This document shows positions 10,866-20,350 of a stretch of DNA of 32,000 nt, piece by piece (the first letter of the stretch is position 1; each line of letters opens with the position of its first letter). The DNA comes from Desulfocapsa sulfexigens DSM 10523 (lineage in GTDB: Bacteria > Desulfobacterota > Desulfobulbia > Desulfobulbales > Desulfocapsaceae), in assembly GCF_000341395.1 (NCBI RefSeq), contig NC_020304.1, positions 570,001-602,000 on the forward strand, in the 5' to 3' direction. Under the pieces are notes generated by a model. That model was not told the origin of the DNA and ran no database searches. It was given only the letters and a program-made list of their open reading frames with translations. The translations under genes and the position numbers were made by a program.

Positions 10866-11357
10866 ATGGACAAGACAACCCGTAGAGAAGTGGAAAAAAG
10901 TTTTCTTGAGGTCTCCCGTGCAGCTGCCAGAAAAAAAATCTATGCCCTCCGTGCGGAACAGGATGGTGAAAGTCAACTGGCACGACTTTTCCGTGCAATT
11001 GCTATCTCGGAGGAGGCTCAGGCAACTCGCCTTCTCCTGCAGTTACGTGGCCAGACAGGAACTAATTATCAAAATTGTAAAACTTCATTTGAAGAAGAAA
11101 TTCCAAACCTGAAAAAACAGTATGAACAGGCCATGGAGAAGGCTGCAGCCGCAGGAGAACGTGCCATATCATCTCTTTTTGCACAATCTGCTAAGGTAGA
11201 ACGCATTCACCTGAACCTTAAGAAGAAGTTGGAAACGACCTCCACGAAAGACACAAGCTATCACATATGCTCATTCTGCGGATTTATCATGGAAAACCAT
11301 CCACCCGAGAAATGTCCAGTCTGCACTGCCCCTGCCAGCCGTTTCAAGAATATATAA
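10866..11357 (+). CDS. rubrerythrin-like protein with C-terminal rubredoxin-type CxxC pair
   Basis: Helical region alignable from memory to rubrerythrin, followed by HICSFCGFIMENHPPEKCPVCTAPASRF. Confidence 0.8.
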   Translation: MDKTTRREVEKSFLEVSRAAARKKIYALRAEQDGESQLARLFRAIAISEEAQATRLLLQLRGQTGTNYQNCKTSFEEEIPNLKKQYEQAMEKAAAAGERAISSLFAQSAKVERIHLNLKKKLETTSTKDTSYHICSFCGFIMENHPPEKCPVCTAPASRFKNI

Positions 11358-11549
11358 AGACGGACGCCTATCTGCATACTGGGAGTACACTCGTTTTCCC
11401 ATTTCAGTAGATACGGTATTATGGCCAGTGAGATGAAAGAAGTTTACGTCCAAAAAAAGTGACGGCCGCTTAATTGATTCCTTTGTTTTAAAAATTTTCA
11501 GGATGTGATAAGCGAAGTGTTGAGTGTTCACCATTTCACAAAAAACTCT

Positions 11550-12479
11550 ATGGCTAACAATAAAATGCATGGAATTGACAAGGCCGTCCTAGACTGGCTG
11601 GATGAAGAGCTGCAAGACACCTTTGACGAAGATTATGAACTGGAACTTTCAGAATCCGAGTTGTCGCTTGAGCTGAAAAAGATATACAACAAACAACATC
11701 TATCACCCCTTGACCGCAAAGTATATTTCAAGTCCCTCCTTGCACTCCAGGCTGAACTGATCAAGATGATGACATGGGCTGAGCACACCGGGGAAAAAAT
11801 AGTAGTTATTTTCGAAGGACGTGATTCTGCTGGAAAGGGTGGTGTTATCAAGCGTATCACCCAAAGGCTCAATCCTCGGACCTGTCGAGTTGTCGCGCTC
11901 AACAAGCCGACTCGAAATGAAAAATCGCAATGGTACTTCCAGCGTTACGTGCAACATCTTCCTTCAGCCGGTGAACTCGTCCTGTTTGACCGATCCTGGT
12001 ACAACCGGTCTGGAGTCGAGCAGGTAATGGGATTTGCCACACCAGAGCAAGTCGAGGAGTTCTTTCAGGATGTGACTGAATTTGAGCGCATGATTGTCCG
12101 TTCAGGGGTACGCCTGATAAAATACTGGTTCTCCATCACAGATGAAGAACAGCACCTGCGCTTTCTCATGCGCATCCACGATCCGCTGAAACAATGGAAA
12201 TTAAGTCCAATGGATCTTCAAGCAAGAGTACGCTGGGAAGCATACACCAAAGCGAAAGAGGACACTCTAAAAAGAACAAATACCCCAGAGGCTCCCTGGT
12301 ATATCGTTGAAGGCAATGACAAGAAACGAGCACGACTCAACTGCATTCGTCATTTGCTTGACCAGATTCCTTATAAAGAGGTCCCCTACGAACCAATCAC
12401 GTTACCAGACAGGGTACGTAATCCAGAATATGAGCGAGCAGTACTACCACCAGAGCTGTATGTGCCGAAAAAATATTAA
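11550..12479 (+). CDS. ppk2: polyphosphate kinase 2
   Basis: Walker A GRDSAGKGGVIKRI; lid/catalytic motif LVLFDRSWYNRSGVEQVMGF; HLRFLMRIHDPLKQWKLSPMD. Start placed at MANNKMHG. Confidence 0.95.
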   Translation: MANNKMHGIDKAVLDWLDEELQDTFDEDYELELSESELSLELKKIYNKQHLSPLDRKVYFKSLLALQAELIKMMTWAEHTGEKIVVIFEGRDSAGKGGVIKRITQRLNPRTCRVVALNKPTRNEKSQWYFQRYVQHLPSAGELVLFDRSWYNRSGVEQVMGFATPEQVEEFFQDVTEFERMIVRSGVRLIKYWFSITDEEQHLRFLMRIHDPLKQWKLSPMDLQARVRWEAYTKAKEDTLKRTNTPEAPWYIVEGNDKKRARLNCIRHLLDQIPYKEVPYEPITLPDRVRNPEYERAVLPPELYVPKKY

Positions 12480-12603
12480 GGGTTGCATCGCAGTTTGCGT
12501 GCAATCCAAAAATCCATATTGAACACTAAGCTCATCATAGATCAGCACGAGTAATCCGGGCAAAAAAAGAGTACCCTGTTCCCGATTTTTTATATTTCTC
12601 GTT

Positions 12604-14736
12604 TCACTTCTCGTCAAGCAGTGCTCTCAAGCCCTCTCTTGTATTTACAGGTATTCTGCAGGTAAAATCTTCACATACATAGGCCGTCGCACGACCATCA
12701 ATTTTTTTAACCGTGCCGATAAAAGGAAGGCCTCCACGCAGGAACTGCTGATTTTTCCCGCCATCGGCCAGAAGCAGTAAAGTATTGGGAAGATACCTGG
12801 AATGCACTTCACTGAGGAGCTCCCTGGTGTCATCAGCCTCAAGCGTACCCGCTATAACGATCTGCCTCGGTTTATCCATCTGAAAATCCATGGCACTGAG
12901 CATCATAGGCATGGCAGGCGGATAGGTGGACAGAGTTTTTCCAAAAGACTCAATACTTTCTGTGGCAAGAGCCACCCACTCGTTATTCCCTGTCAGTCCT
13001 GCGAGGCGCAACAGGTTCATAACGGCGACGGAATTCCCCGATGGTTCCGCTCCATCGTAAGCTGCCCTCATCCTGGTAAGCAGTTGTGTTGATTGAGGAG
13101 TATCATAGAAGCCTCCTTTTTCATCAGCGAAGATTCGTATCATTTTTTCAGTGAGATCGACTGCCGCCTGCAAACGTATCGAATCATGACTCGCCAGATA
13201 CAAATCCAACAAACCCTGAACCAAAAAACTGTAATCATCCAGTCCGGCAGCGTATCGTGCATCACCATCCCGCCATCGTCGTACAAGCTCTCCGTCCACC
13301 GTAAGTCTATCAAGAAGAAAATCCGTGGCCTGGTTTGCGGCAGCCAGATACCTTTTTTCTCCGAGAACCATAGCCGCTCGTGCAAAAGCCGAGATCATCA
13401 AGCCGTTCCATGAGGTAAGGATTTTATCATCCAAATGGGGTGCCGTGCGATCTTGGCGATGGCTCAACAGGCTGCGCCTGGCATCCTGAAGGATATCTCT
13501 GGCCTCCTCTTCACTCAGCCCAACTTCCCTTGCCACTTCCGACAACTCTTTGTCCCGGTAGAAAATATTGCGACCAGTAAATTCTTTCTGTGGATCATGA
13601 AGGGCATTTCCCTTTGCTTTCACGCCATAATATGCCTTGATAAGAGCAGCCTGTTTTTCCGTCAACAGAGTGTCTATCTCCTCCTCCGTCCACAGATAAA
13701 ATGCTCCCTCACCATGCTCTTCAAGATTGTAGGGATTCACAGAATCAGCATCCTCTGCTGAATAAAAGCCACCCTCCGGATGCCGCATATCCCGAAGCAC
13801 ATACTCAAGGACCTCGACAACTATTTCTTTATACGCACTATCTCCCGTCAACTGAAACGCTGACAGGTAGGCAAAAACGAGCTGACTCTGATCATAGAGC
13901 ATCTTCTCAAAATGGGGCACCCGCCATCTGCCGTCGACCGAATACCGATGAAATCCTCCACCGATCTGATCATACATTCCGCCGCCAGCCATTTGCTCCA
14001 GGGTAACAAGCGCCATGTCACGGGCTGCCTTCCTACCAGTTGATTTATAGTAGCGAAGAAGAAAATCAATCACCACTGGCCGTGGGAACTTAGGTGCCTG
14101 GCCAAATCCACCATACTTTGGATCATAACTCTCTTCCAATTGAGAAAAACCCTTATCCAGCCATGCCTTTTCAGGGGACACTCTGCCATCAGAAGTATCC
14201 TTTCGTAGTAAAGATGTTACCTGTTCTGCTGAAAGACTTAAACTCTCCCTGTCCGTTAACCAGGCAGTCTTAATGGCCTGCAGTATCTCCATAAATCCCG
14301 GCCTCCCATAGTCAGCACGTGGAGGAAAGTATGTTCCTGCATAGAACGGCCTGGTGTCCGGAAAGAGAAAAAGTGACATGGGCCAGCCACCGCTACCGGT
14401 CATGGCCTGGGTTGCCGCCATATAAATCTGATCAACATCCGGACGCTCTTCCCGATCTACCTTTATGGGAATAAAATAACTGTTCAGAAAATCTGCAATT
14501 TCCTGATCCTCAAAAGATTGATGGGCCATAACATGACACCAGTGACAGGTGGAATAACCAATTGAAAGGAAGATTGGCTTATCCTCACTCACCGCCCTGG
14601 AAAGGGCCTCCTCACTCCATGGATACCAGTCAACCGGATTATTGACATGCTGCAATAGATAAGGGCTCTTTTCATGAAACAGATGATTTGTCTGTTTTGA
14701 GTGGAGGGCAGTGTTTTTTTCACTAGTATTTTTCAT
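12604..14736 (-). CDS. DUF255 / thioredoxin-domain protein (SPATA20/YyaL family)
   Basis: [70 protein letters not shown]. Start placed at MKNTSEKN (14736); ORF track extends to 14763. Confidence 0.95.
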   Translation of the reverse strand: MKNTSEKNTALHSKQTNHLFHEKSPYLLQHVNNPVDWYPWSEEALSRAVSEDKPIFLSIGYSTCHWCHVMAHQSFEDQEIADFLNSYFIPIKVDREERPDVDQIYMAATQAMTGSGGWPMSLFLFPDTRPFYAGTYFPPRADYGRPGFMEILQAIKTAWLTDRESLSLSAEQVTSLLRKDTSDGRVSPEKAWLDKGFSQLEESYDPKYGGFGQAPKFPRPVVIDFLLRYYKSTGRKAARDMALVTLEQMAGGGMYDQIGGGFHRYSVDGRWRVPHFEKMLYDQSQLVFAYLSAFQLTGDSAYKEIVVEVLEYVLRDMRHPEGGFYSAEDADSVNPYNLEEHGEGAFYLWTEEEIDTLLTEKQAALIKAYYGVKAKGNALHDPQKEFTGRNIFYRDKELSEVAREVGLSEEEARDILQDARRSLLSHRQDRTAPHLDDKILTSWNGLMISAFARAAMVLGEKRYLAAANQATDFLLDRLTVDGELVRRWRDGDARYAAGLDDYSFLVQGLLDLYLASHDSIRLQAAVDLTEKMIRIFADEKGGFYDTPQSTQLLTRMRAAYDGAEPSGNSVAVMNLLRLAGLTGNNEWVALATESIESFGKTLSTYPPAMPMMLSAMDFQMDKPRQIVIAGTLEADDTRELLSEVHSRYLPNTLLLLADGGKNQQFLRGGLPFIGTVKKIDGRATAYVCEDFTCRIPVNTREGLRALLDEK

Positions 14737-14903
14737 AAATTTTTCTCTTCCCTGCCCCGACACACAACCAGTCAGAGCAAAATAAATGATTTCCCATATA
14801 AGAACCTTGTTTTGTAATCATTGCTTTTGTCATATCAAACACAGTATATCTGAAGAAACGGATAGCAATAAAAATAACTATTACCATACAACAAAAACAG
14901 ACT

Positions 14904-14941
14904 CTATTTTAGACTGGGTATATTTACCCAGTCTAAAATAG
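14904..14941. repeat. perfect 17-bp inverted repeat with 4-nt loop
   Basis: CTATTTTAGACTGGGTA-tatt-TACCCAGTCTAAAATAG, arms 14904-14920 and 14925-14941. Confidence 0.95.
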
Positions 14942-14963
14942 GTATTTCCATCAATTGATCTTC

Positions 14964-14998
14964 CAGAGCAAAATGCTAACATTAAGAGAAGGAATGAT
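14964..14998 (+). promoter_or_regulatory. possible sigma70-type promoter
   Basis: TTGATC ... about 16 nt ... TAACAT downstream of the inverted repeat; pattern-based only. Coordinates approximate. Confidence 0.35.
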
Positions 14999-15063
14999 AT
15001 TCATTAATACAGAAAATAAACAAAAAGGAGAGATTCAGCCATAAGTACCTGAGCAAAAAGATC

Positions 15064-15087
15064 TTCCCTTAGAAAGGGAACTTTTTT
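15064..15087 (+). terminator. intrinsic-terminator-like hairpin upstream of the PilZ gene
   Basis: TTCCCTT-aga-AAGGGAA-c-TTTTTT. Confidence 0.7.
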
Positions 15088-15120
15088 CATACGACTTTAA
15101 AATCAAACGGGTTATTGATT

Positions 15121-15456
15121 ATGGAAAAAAGACAATATTTCAGAGCAAAATTGAATGGCACGGAAGTACATATCTCCGATCAGGCGGGGTTCTGTATGGC
15201 GACCCTCAAGGATTGCTCACGATTCGGACTTTGCATCACCGACATTCCAAGAAAAATACATACCAAAGACGGTAATTTTATTGCCATTATTTCAACGAAA
15301 GGCATAAACTTCAAACTGCAAATAACGGAGCGTTGGACAACAAAAGATGGTCTTTCAATGCAAATCGGTGGAACCATAGAAAAGCCAAACTGGGATTGGA
15401 CGGAAATGATAATGAAACATGAGCCCATAAATGATGATGTGTGGGCAGCGCATTAA
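15121..15456 (+). CDS. PilZ domain protein (putative c-di-GMP binding)
   Basis: RQYFR matches RxxxR; DCSRFG matches [D/N]xSxxG. ATG start at 15121 preferred over TTG at 15115. Confidence 0.85.
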   Translation: MEKRQYFRAKLNGTEVHISDQAGFCMATLKDCSRFGLCITDIPRKIHTKDGNFIAIISTKGINFKLQITERWTTKDGLSMQIGGTIEKPNWDWTEMIMKHEPINDDVWAAH

Positions 15457-15581
15457 CATCCCAGGAAAATATGTGAATGTCCCCTTTTCAGGAAAGGCAA
15501 TTATTCGCTTTATCAACTATAATTGCACACAGTAGCAATTTACTGACCTTGTTTTTTAACCGGACCTCAATTTCCCCTCCA

Positions 15582-15610
15582 GAAAGTGACTTCACTTTCA
15601 ACGCTTTTTT
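15582..15610 (+). terminator. possible terminator downstream of the PilZ gene
   Basis: GAAAGTGA-ct-TCACTTTC followed by aacgcTTTTTT; the loop is very short and there is a gap before the T-run, so this is tentative. Confidence 0.4.
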
Positions 15611-15753
15611 CTGCCACTCAAAAGGCCCCCCCTGGTAACATCTCTCTTTTTTTTATCACTGGTGCGGAAAAATTTTGTTTCCGAAGAGCAATGCGATACA
15701 ATAAAAACACAAGCCCAATGACACTGTGACCAGACTTGCCACCAGAGGATTCT

Positions 15754-16629
15754 ATGCAGCAGGGAAAACGCCAAAAACAGAATGATCCGATGCTGTCCTT
15801 TCACCTGATGAAATTTGCATTTCAGGATTTTCAGAAAAGTGCCTGCAACCTTACCCATCAGGAATATGAACTGGCGTATCAACACGCCAACGAGGAAATG
15901 CTTCTTCACCAGGTAATCCTCACTTCCGACGAGGCCTGTTGCGTAGTCATACCCGATCCAACTCTTCAACAAACCCTGTTGGAAATCATCGCTGAATACC
16001 CAGATGAGGCCACCTTCTACGGCACTCTTGAAGAAAACAACATGAAACTCGACGAATACAGGACCGCCCTGCACAATGACCTCCGTGTAGAGACGATACT
16101 CTCACGAATAGCATCCACGGTGCAATCTGTAACGGCAGTCGAGGTGCGACGCTACTACAACAGGAATAAAACGGAATTCAACCAACCCGAACAGCGCAGT
16201 GCTAATCTCATTCAAATTCGCTTCAACCCTTTTTTGCCTTCTGAACTCAATTCAGCCTATAAGAAAATCGCTGCTATCCACAGGAGAGTAACTAGAAATC
16301 CAGTATCTTTCCCAAAGGAAGCACGACTCTTTTCAGACTGTAACACTGCCAAAAATGATGGAAACCTGGGCCGCCTGGCCGCCGGTGAACTTTGCCCGGA
16401 ACTGGACAGGGTACTGTTCACCCTTCAGGCTGGAGAAACAAGTGCTATTATTAGGAATTCGACTGGATTCAGCATAATACAGTGCAGTGAAATCCACCCC
16501 GCTAGAAAGCTGAGTATCAAAGAGGCCTCCCTTATTATTTTCCCCATTCTCCTGAAAAAAAAGCAGTTGGAGGCTTGCCGAATGTGGTTGCAAAAGCTTA
16601 TTCAACCGAGCAAGGAAACCACGCCTTGA
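15754..16629 (+). CDS. nifM: NifM-like peptidyl-prolyl isomerase (parvulin family)
   Basis: N-terminal FHLMKFAFQDF...SDEACCVVIP...LRVETIL and C-terminal LGRLAAGELCPELDRVLFTLQAGETSAIIRNSTGFSIIQCSEIHPARKLSIKEA resemble NifM from end to end. RBS AGAGGA 5 nt before ATG 15754. Confidence 0.75.
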   Translation: MQQGKRQKQNDPMLSFHLMKFAFQDFQKSACNLTHQEYELAYQHANEEMLLHQVILTSDEACCVVIPDPTLQQTLLEIIAEYPDEATFYGTLEENNMKLDEYRTALHNDLRVETILSRIASTVQSVTAVEVRRYYNRNKTEFNQPEQRSANLIQIRFNPFLPSELNSAYKKIAAIHRRVTRNPVSFPKEARLFSDCNTAKNDGNLGRLAAGELCPELDRVLFTLQAGETSAIIRNSTGFSIIQCSEIHPARKLSIKEASLIIFPILLKKKQLEACRMWLQKLIQPSKETTP

Positions 16630-18284
16630 CCAGACCAGACAAACAGCCTCCTCCACGTCTTATCCCAAAGCTTCTGTTTGAAACGGAAACACTCAGCGAT
16701 AGCGACAACAATTCCTTCCAAACGGTGGAACTGGTACGCAAAGGTCAACCCCTTGTCGAGTTACTCGCTCCACCGGGTGCTCCGCCAAGAAATCCTACAG
16801 AACTTGTTCCCGGGAAAAACACTCTGCTCTCCGATGACAAGTGCAAACTTCTGGCTGAGATCGACGGCTACCCCTTACTCTCCAAGAAAAGCAACCAGGG
16901 AATCGATCTTATCATGATATCGGTGGTTCCCCTGCTCTCCATTGCAGATGACAAAATGTCTGCAACCATCAGCCTTTACCCGCCCGTGAGGAACTCCCCG
17001 GAACTCAGTAGAGAAACTCTTATGGACATCCTCACATCCCAGGAAATTCGTTTTGGGATCTCTCTTGAAAATCTGGACAGGCTCCTCAGTCTTTGTAAAG
17101 AAAAACGCTCCCCACTCAAAGATGAAACGATTGCCAGAGGCCTACTTCCCCTGAACGGAAAGGCCAGCTTTCTCCGTTTTGAAATTGAAGTGGGCCCCCT
17201 CCCGGGAACAATTATGGGAAACGGGAAAATTGACTTTCGGGAACGAAAAATGTTTGTAGGGGTCTCAAAAGGACAGATAATTGCTAAACGGATTCCGCCG
17301 ACACTAGGAACCCCTGGCCTTACGGTTACAGGTGAAGAAGTGCCCCAAATTCCAGGAGAGAATTTGCCTGTTACAGTGAGTGATGATGCCGAATACGATG
17401 AGGAGAGTGGTATTATTCGTGCCCTTCAAAACGGTATTCTCTCCCTTGTCAGCGAAAATTCAATCAAAGTCTGCGCTAAACAGGTTATCCCGGGAAACAT
17501 CGACTACAGTACTGGTAATATAGAATCTCAGGACGCGGTTGAAATAACTGGAACCATACTTCCTGGTTTCAGAGTAAAAACCCACGGAGACCTGTTGCTC
17601 AAAGGAAACGCACGCTCCGCCAACATAAAATGTAAAGGCAATCTAGTAGTAAAGGGAGGTATCCTTGGCAAAAAATGTAAGGTGAAAGTATCGGGTGATG
17701 CAGATTTTGGTTTTATGGAACAGGGCCAGCTCAGGGTGAAGGGGCGGGTGATTATTCGCAAGCAGGCTTATTACGCTAAAATCATGGCCAACGGAGAGAT
17801 CCACTGTGAAAACAGCAGTCGGATTCTGGCCGGGCTATTGATGAGTGCCTCAAGCCTTAACCTTGGGAATGTAGGATCCCCAAATGCTCCCTTTTCACTA
17901 CTTGCAGCAGGCATTGCCCCCGGACGCTATCTGCGCTATCTTAAAATACGATCCGACCTCAAGGACGTCGAGCAGGAACGCCTCGTCTTTCTGCAACGAT
18001 ACGGATTGAAACAAAAAGTAAATGTACTGAAATCACTGGAAAAAACCGTAGAGAGTCTACATAACGACTTAACAAAGCTGAACCTTATTCCAGGGACTGA
18101 TGCCAATTCTGCGGATAGAGGGATTGAGTATCTACGAACAATCGCAATTACAGTACAGGGCACAATATTCAGCGGTACAGAGCTGCAGATTGGCAATGCC
18201 ACCACCATCGTCAAGAACGATCTCACTGGCGTACGTTTTACACTGGATAGTCACACCGGTACTTTTATCGAAACAAGCCTATAA
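16575..18284 (+). CDS. fapA: FapA / DUF342 family protein
   Basis: GKIDFRERKMFVGVSKGQIIAKRIPPTLGTPGLTVTGEEVPQIPGE, then beta-helix-like ALSTGNIESQDAVEITGTILPGFRVKTHGDLLLKGN. Start uncertain; the open frame overlaps the nifM-like 3' end. Confidence 0.88.
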   Translation: MPNVVAKAYSTEQGNHALTRPDKQPPPRLIPKLLFETETLSDSDNNSFQTVELVRKGQPLVELLAPPGAPPRNPTELVPGKNTLLSDDKCKLLAEIDGYPLLSKKSNQGIDLIMISVVPLLSIADDKMSATISLYPPVRNSPELSRETLMDILTSQEIRFGISLENLDRLLSLCKEKRSPLKDETIARGLLPLNGKASFLRFEIEVGPLPGTIMGNGKIDFRERKMFVGVSKGQIIAKRIPPTLGTPGLTVTGEEVPQIPGENLPVTVSDDAEYDEESGIIRALQNGILSLVSENSIKVCAKQVIPGNIDYSTGNIESQDAVEITGTILPGFRVKTHGDLLLKGNARSANIKCKGNLVVKGGILGKKCKVKVSGDADFGFMEQGQLRVKGRVIIRKQAYYAKIMANGEIHCENSSRILAGLLMSASSLNLGNVGSPNAPFSLLAAGIAPGRYLRYLKIRSDLKDVEQERLVFLQRYGLKQKVNVLKSLEKTVESLHNDLTKLNLIPGTDANSADRGIEYLRTIAITVQGTIFSGTELQIGNATTIVKNDLTGVRFTLDSHTGTFIETSL

Positions 18285-18292
18285 GGGAACAT

Positions 18293-18961
18293 ATGTTTAT
18301 CAAACTCTGGATGCAGCGGGACGTTGTCACCATCGACCCGGACACACCACTTGGCGAGGCCGCAGAAATCATCAAACAAAACTCTTTTCGCCACCTCCCG
18401 GTAGTCAAAGATGGAAAACTTGTTGGAATAATAACCCAGAAGGATATCAACCAGGCTCTTCCTTCCGCTATTGACTCTTCTCTTGGTTCTGAGAATAGAG
18501 TCATTGCAGCCCAGGCAAAAATATCCTCTTTTATGGTAAACCAACCCATCACCGCCTCCCCCATGGATCCTTTAGAAAACGTAGCTCTTTTGATGCGTAA
18601 ATTTAAAATTGGTGCTGTGCCGGTGGTCGAAAACGACAAACTGGTTGGAATCGTGACCGAAACCGATATCTTCAGGGCTTTTACGGAAATAATGGGTGTT
18701 CGGGAAACGGGTTCACGCATCGAATTACAGATAAAAAATAACAGTACTGCCGTTTATAAAGTCGTTGAGATATGTAAAGAATTTAATATGGAATTGAACG
18801 CCATCAGTGTGTACAAAAATTTTAGCCATGAACACCAGCTTCTCACCATTCGTGTAAGCGGTGAGGAAATGGATCAGCTGATAGATGCACTGTGGGATTC
18901 AGGAACCAAGATAAATCAGATCCTGGCAGGCGGCAATACGGAGAAAGTGGTACCATCCTAA
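18293..18961 (+). CDS. CBS-domain pair with C-terminal ACT-like domain (AcuB-like)
   Basis: MFIKLWMQRDVVTIDPDTPLGEAAEII...LVGIITQKDI; second CBS ...KLVGIVTETDIFRAFTEI; C-terminal RIELQIKNNSTAVYKVVEICKEFNM. Confidence 0.88.
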   Translation: MFIKLWMQRDVVTIDPDTPLGEAAEIIKQNSFRHLPVVKDGKLVGIITQKDINQALPSAIDSSLGSENRVIAAQAKISSFMVNQPITASPMDPLENVALLMRKFKIGAVPVVENDKLVGIVTETDIFRAFTEIMGVRETGSRIELQIKNNSTAVYKVVEICKEFNMELNAISVYKNFSHEHQLLTIRVSGEEMDQLIDALWDSGTKINQILAGGNTEKVVPS

Positions 18962-18967
18962 CCCAAA

Positions 18968-19735
18968 TCAAAGGTTGTGACGTATGAGGCGTTGCTTCAT
19001 ATCTCCAAAATCCAGTTCAAAACGGGCCTGGAGTCTTTCTGGTTTTTTGTTGTCACCTGCAAAGGCATTCAGACCTATTTCATGTTTGAACGAATAACTG
19101 ATCACGTTGCCTCGATTCGCTACAGGGCAGGTGAGGTTACCGGTGAAGCATTCGGCGAGTTCACGGGTCACGCGGGTCAGCTCCGAGGTGGAGCCACTCC
19201 AGAGGTTGGAGCAGAGGATGCCGCCTTCACTGAGGTGGTTTCGGCACGTCGTAAAAAAGTCCCGATTGTAGATAACGTCAGCGATCCCGAGTTCGTCAAA
19301 AGCATCGAGCAGGATTATATCATAGGGTTCCTCCTCATCCCGGTTCTCCAGGAACGGAACTCCGCCCCGGCAGTGTATGGTAACGTTGTCCGTCTCCGGT
19401 AGATTAAAATAGGTACGGGCCAGATCGATTATCTCCTGGGAATGATCCACTGCGTCGATTCGACAATCTGGAAGCATCGTGCTGATATATCGAACCAGTG
19501 AACCGGCACCGAGCCCGATGAGCAGGATTCGTTTCGGGTCAGGGAGAAACATGAGGGAGAGCATCATGTATCGTGTATAGGGCAGAACCAGAAGATGGGG
19601 GGCATCAAGTGCCATTTTCGACTGGAGGAATTTGGTATTGAAGTAAAGATAGCGGAAATTTTCCCGATCGAATATCTCCACTAACCTGTCTCCACGGCGA
19701 GATTTGTGAATGAGTGTCTTGCTGTCTGTTTTCAT
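18968..19735 (-). CDS. spermidine synthase-like / class I SAM-dependent methyltransferase-fold protein
   Basis: RILLIGLGAGSLVRYISTMLPDCRIDAVDHSQEIIDLARTYF; YDIILLDAFDELG. Confidence 0.85.
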   Translation of the reverse strand: MKTDSKTLIHKSRRGDRLVEIFDRENFRYLYFNTKFLQSKMALDAPHLLVLPYTRYMMLSLMFLPDPKRILLIGLGAGSLVRYISTMLPDCRIDAVDHSQEIIDLARTYFNLPETDNVTIHCRGGVPFLENRDEEEPYDIILLDAFDELGIADVIYNRDFFTTCRNHLSEGGILCSNLWSGSTSELTRVTRELAECFTGNLTCPVANRGNVISYSFKHEIGLNAFAGDNKKPERLQARFELDFGDMKQRLIRHNL

Positions 19736-19922
19736 TTGGTAAATAGGGTCAACTCTGCCCTTGACTCCTATTATGTTACGGGTTGACCTTCACGGGAAAG
19801 ATCGATGCAGGGAGGGGTTTCCTTCGGTAATCGTAGTCATTTTTTTAATGGGAACGGTTGAGGTATCTCCTGAATAAGGCACCCGCACAATATAAACAGA
19901 CTTCCTATCTAACTTGGCATCC

Positions 19923-20168
19923 CTAAATACTCATACCAGGATAAGAAGAACCGCATGATAGCGATGAAAACTGTGACGGTAATTTGGACACTACTGGTAT
20001 TTCACTCAACGTCTTCTCAAAGTTTTCTATTCCTTTTGAAAATCTGTATTGCTGTGCAGTTTCAACTACTTCAATTATAATATCATAACTGAAGCCATCC
20101 TCTTCCATCGTTCTTTCCAGTTTTCGTAGCTCTTCTCTCGTCATGTTATTTCCAGGAATAATTGACAT
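19923..20168 (-). CDS. small hypothetical protein
   Basis: 81-aa ORF (MSIIPGNNMTREELRKLERTMEEDGFSYDIIIEVVETAQQYRF...); weak coding evidence. Confidence 0.35.
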   Translation of the reverse strand: MSIIPGNNMTREELRKLERTMEEDGFSYDIIIEVVETAQQYRFSKGIENFEKTLSEIPVVSKLPSQFSSLSCGSSYPGMSI

Positions 20169-20350
20169 TCTAAAAAACTATTATTCCTCATTGAAACATA
20201 AACCGTTACATTTTCATATAGGTAGATATACCCAATTTGCTGATAACTAAAAACATTTTACTATAGGTGCCCTGGGCGCAAGGTTAACTGTTGAGTAAGA
20301 TGGGAGGGTTGAGAGTATTCCTGACCATACAATCAGTATTCAGCAAAACG

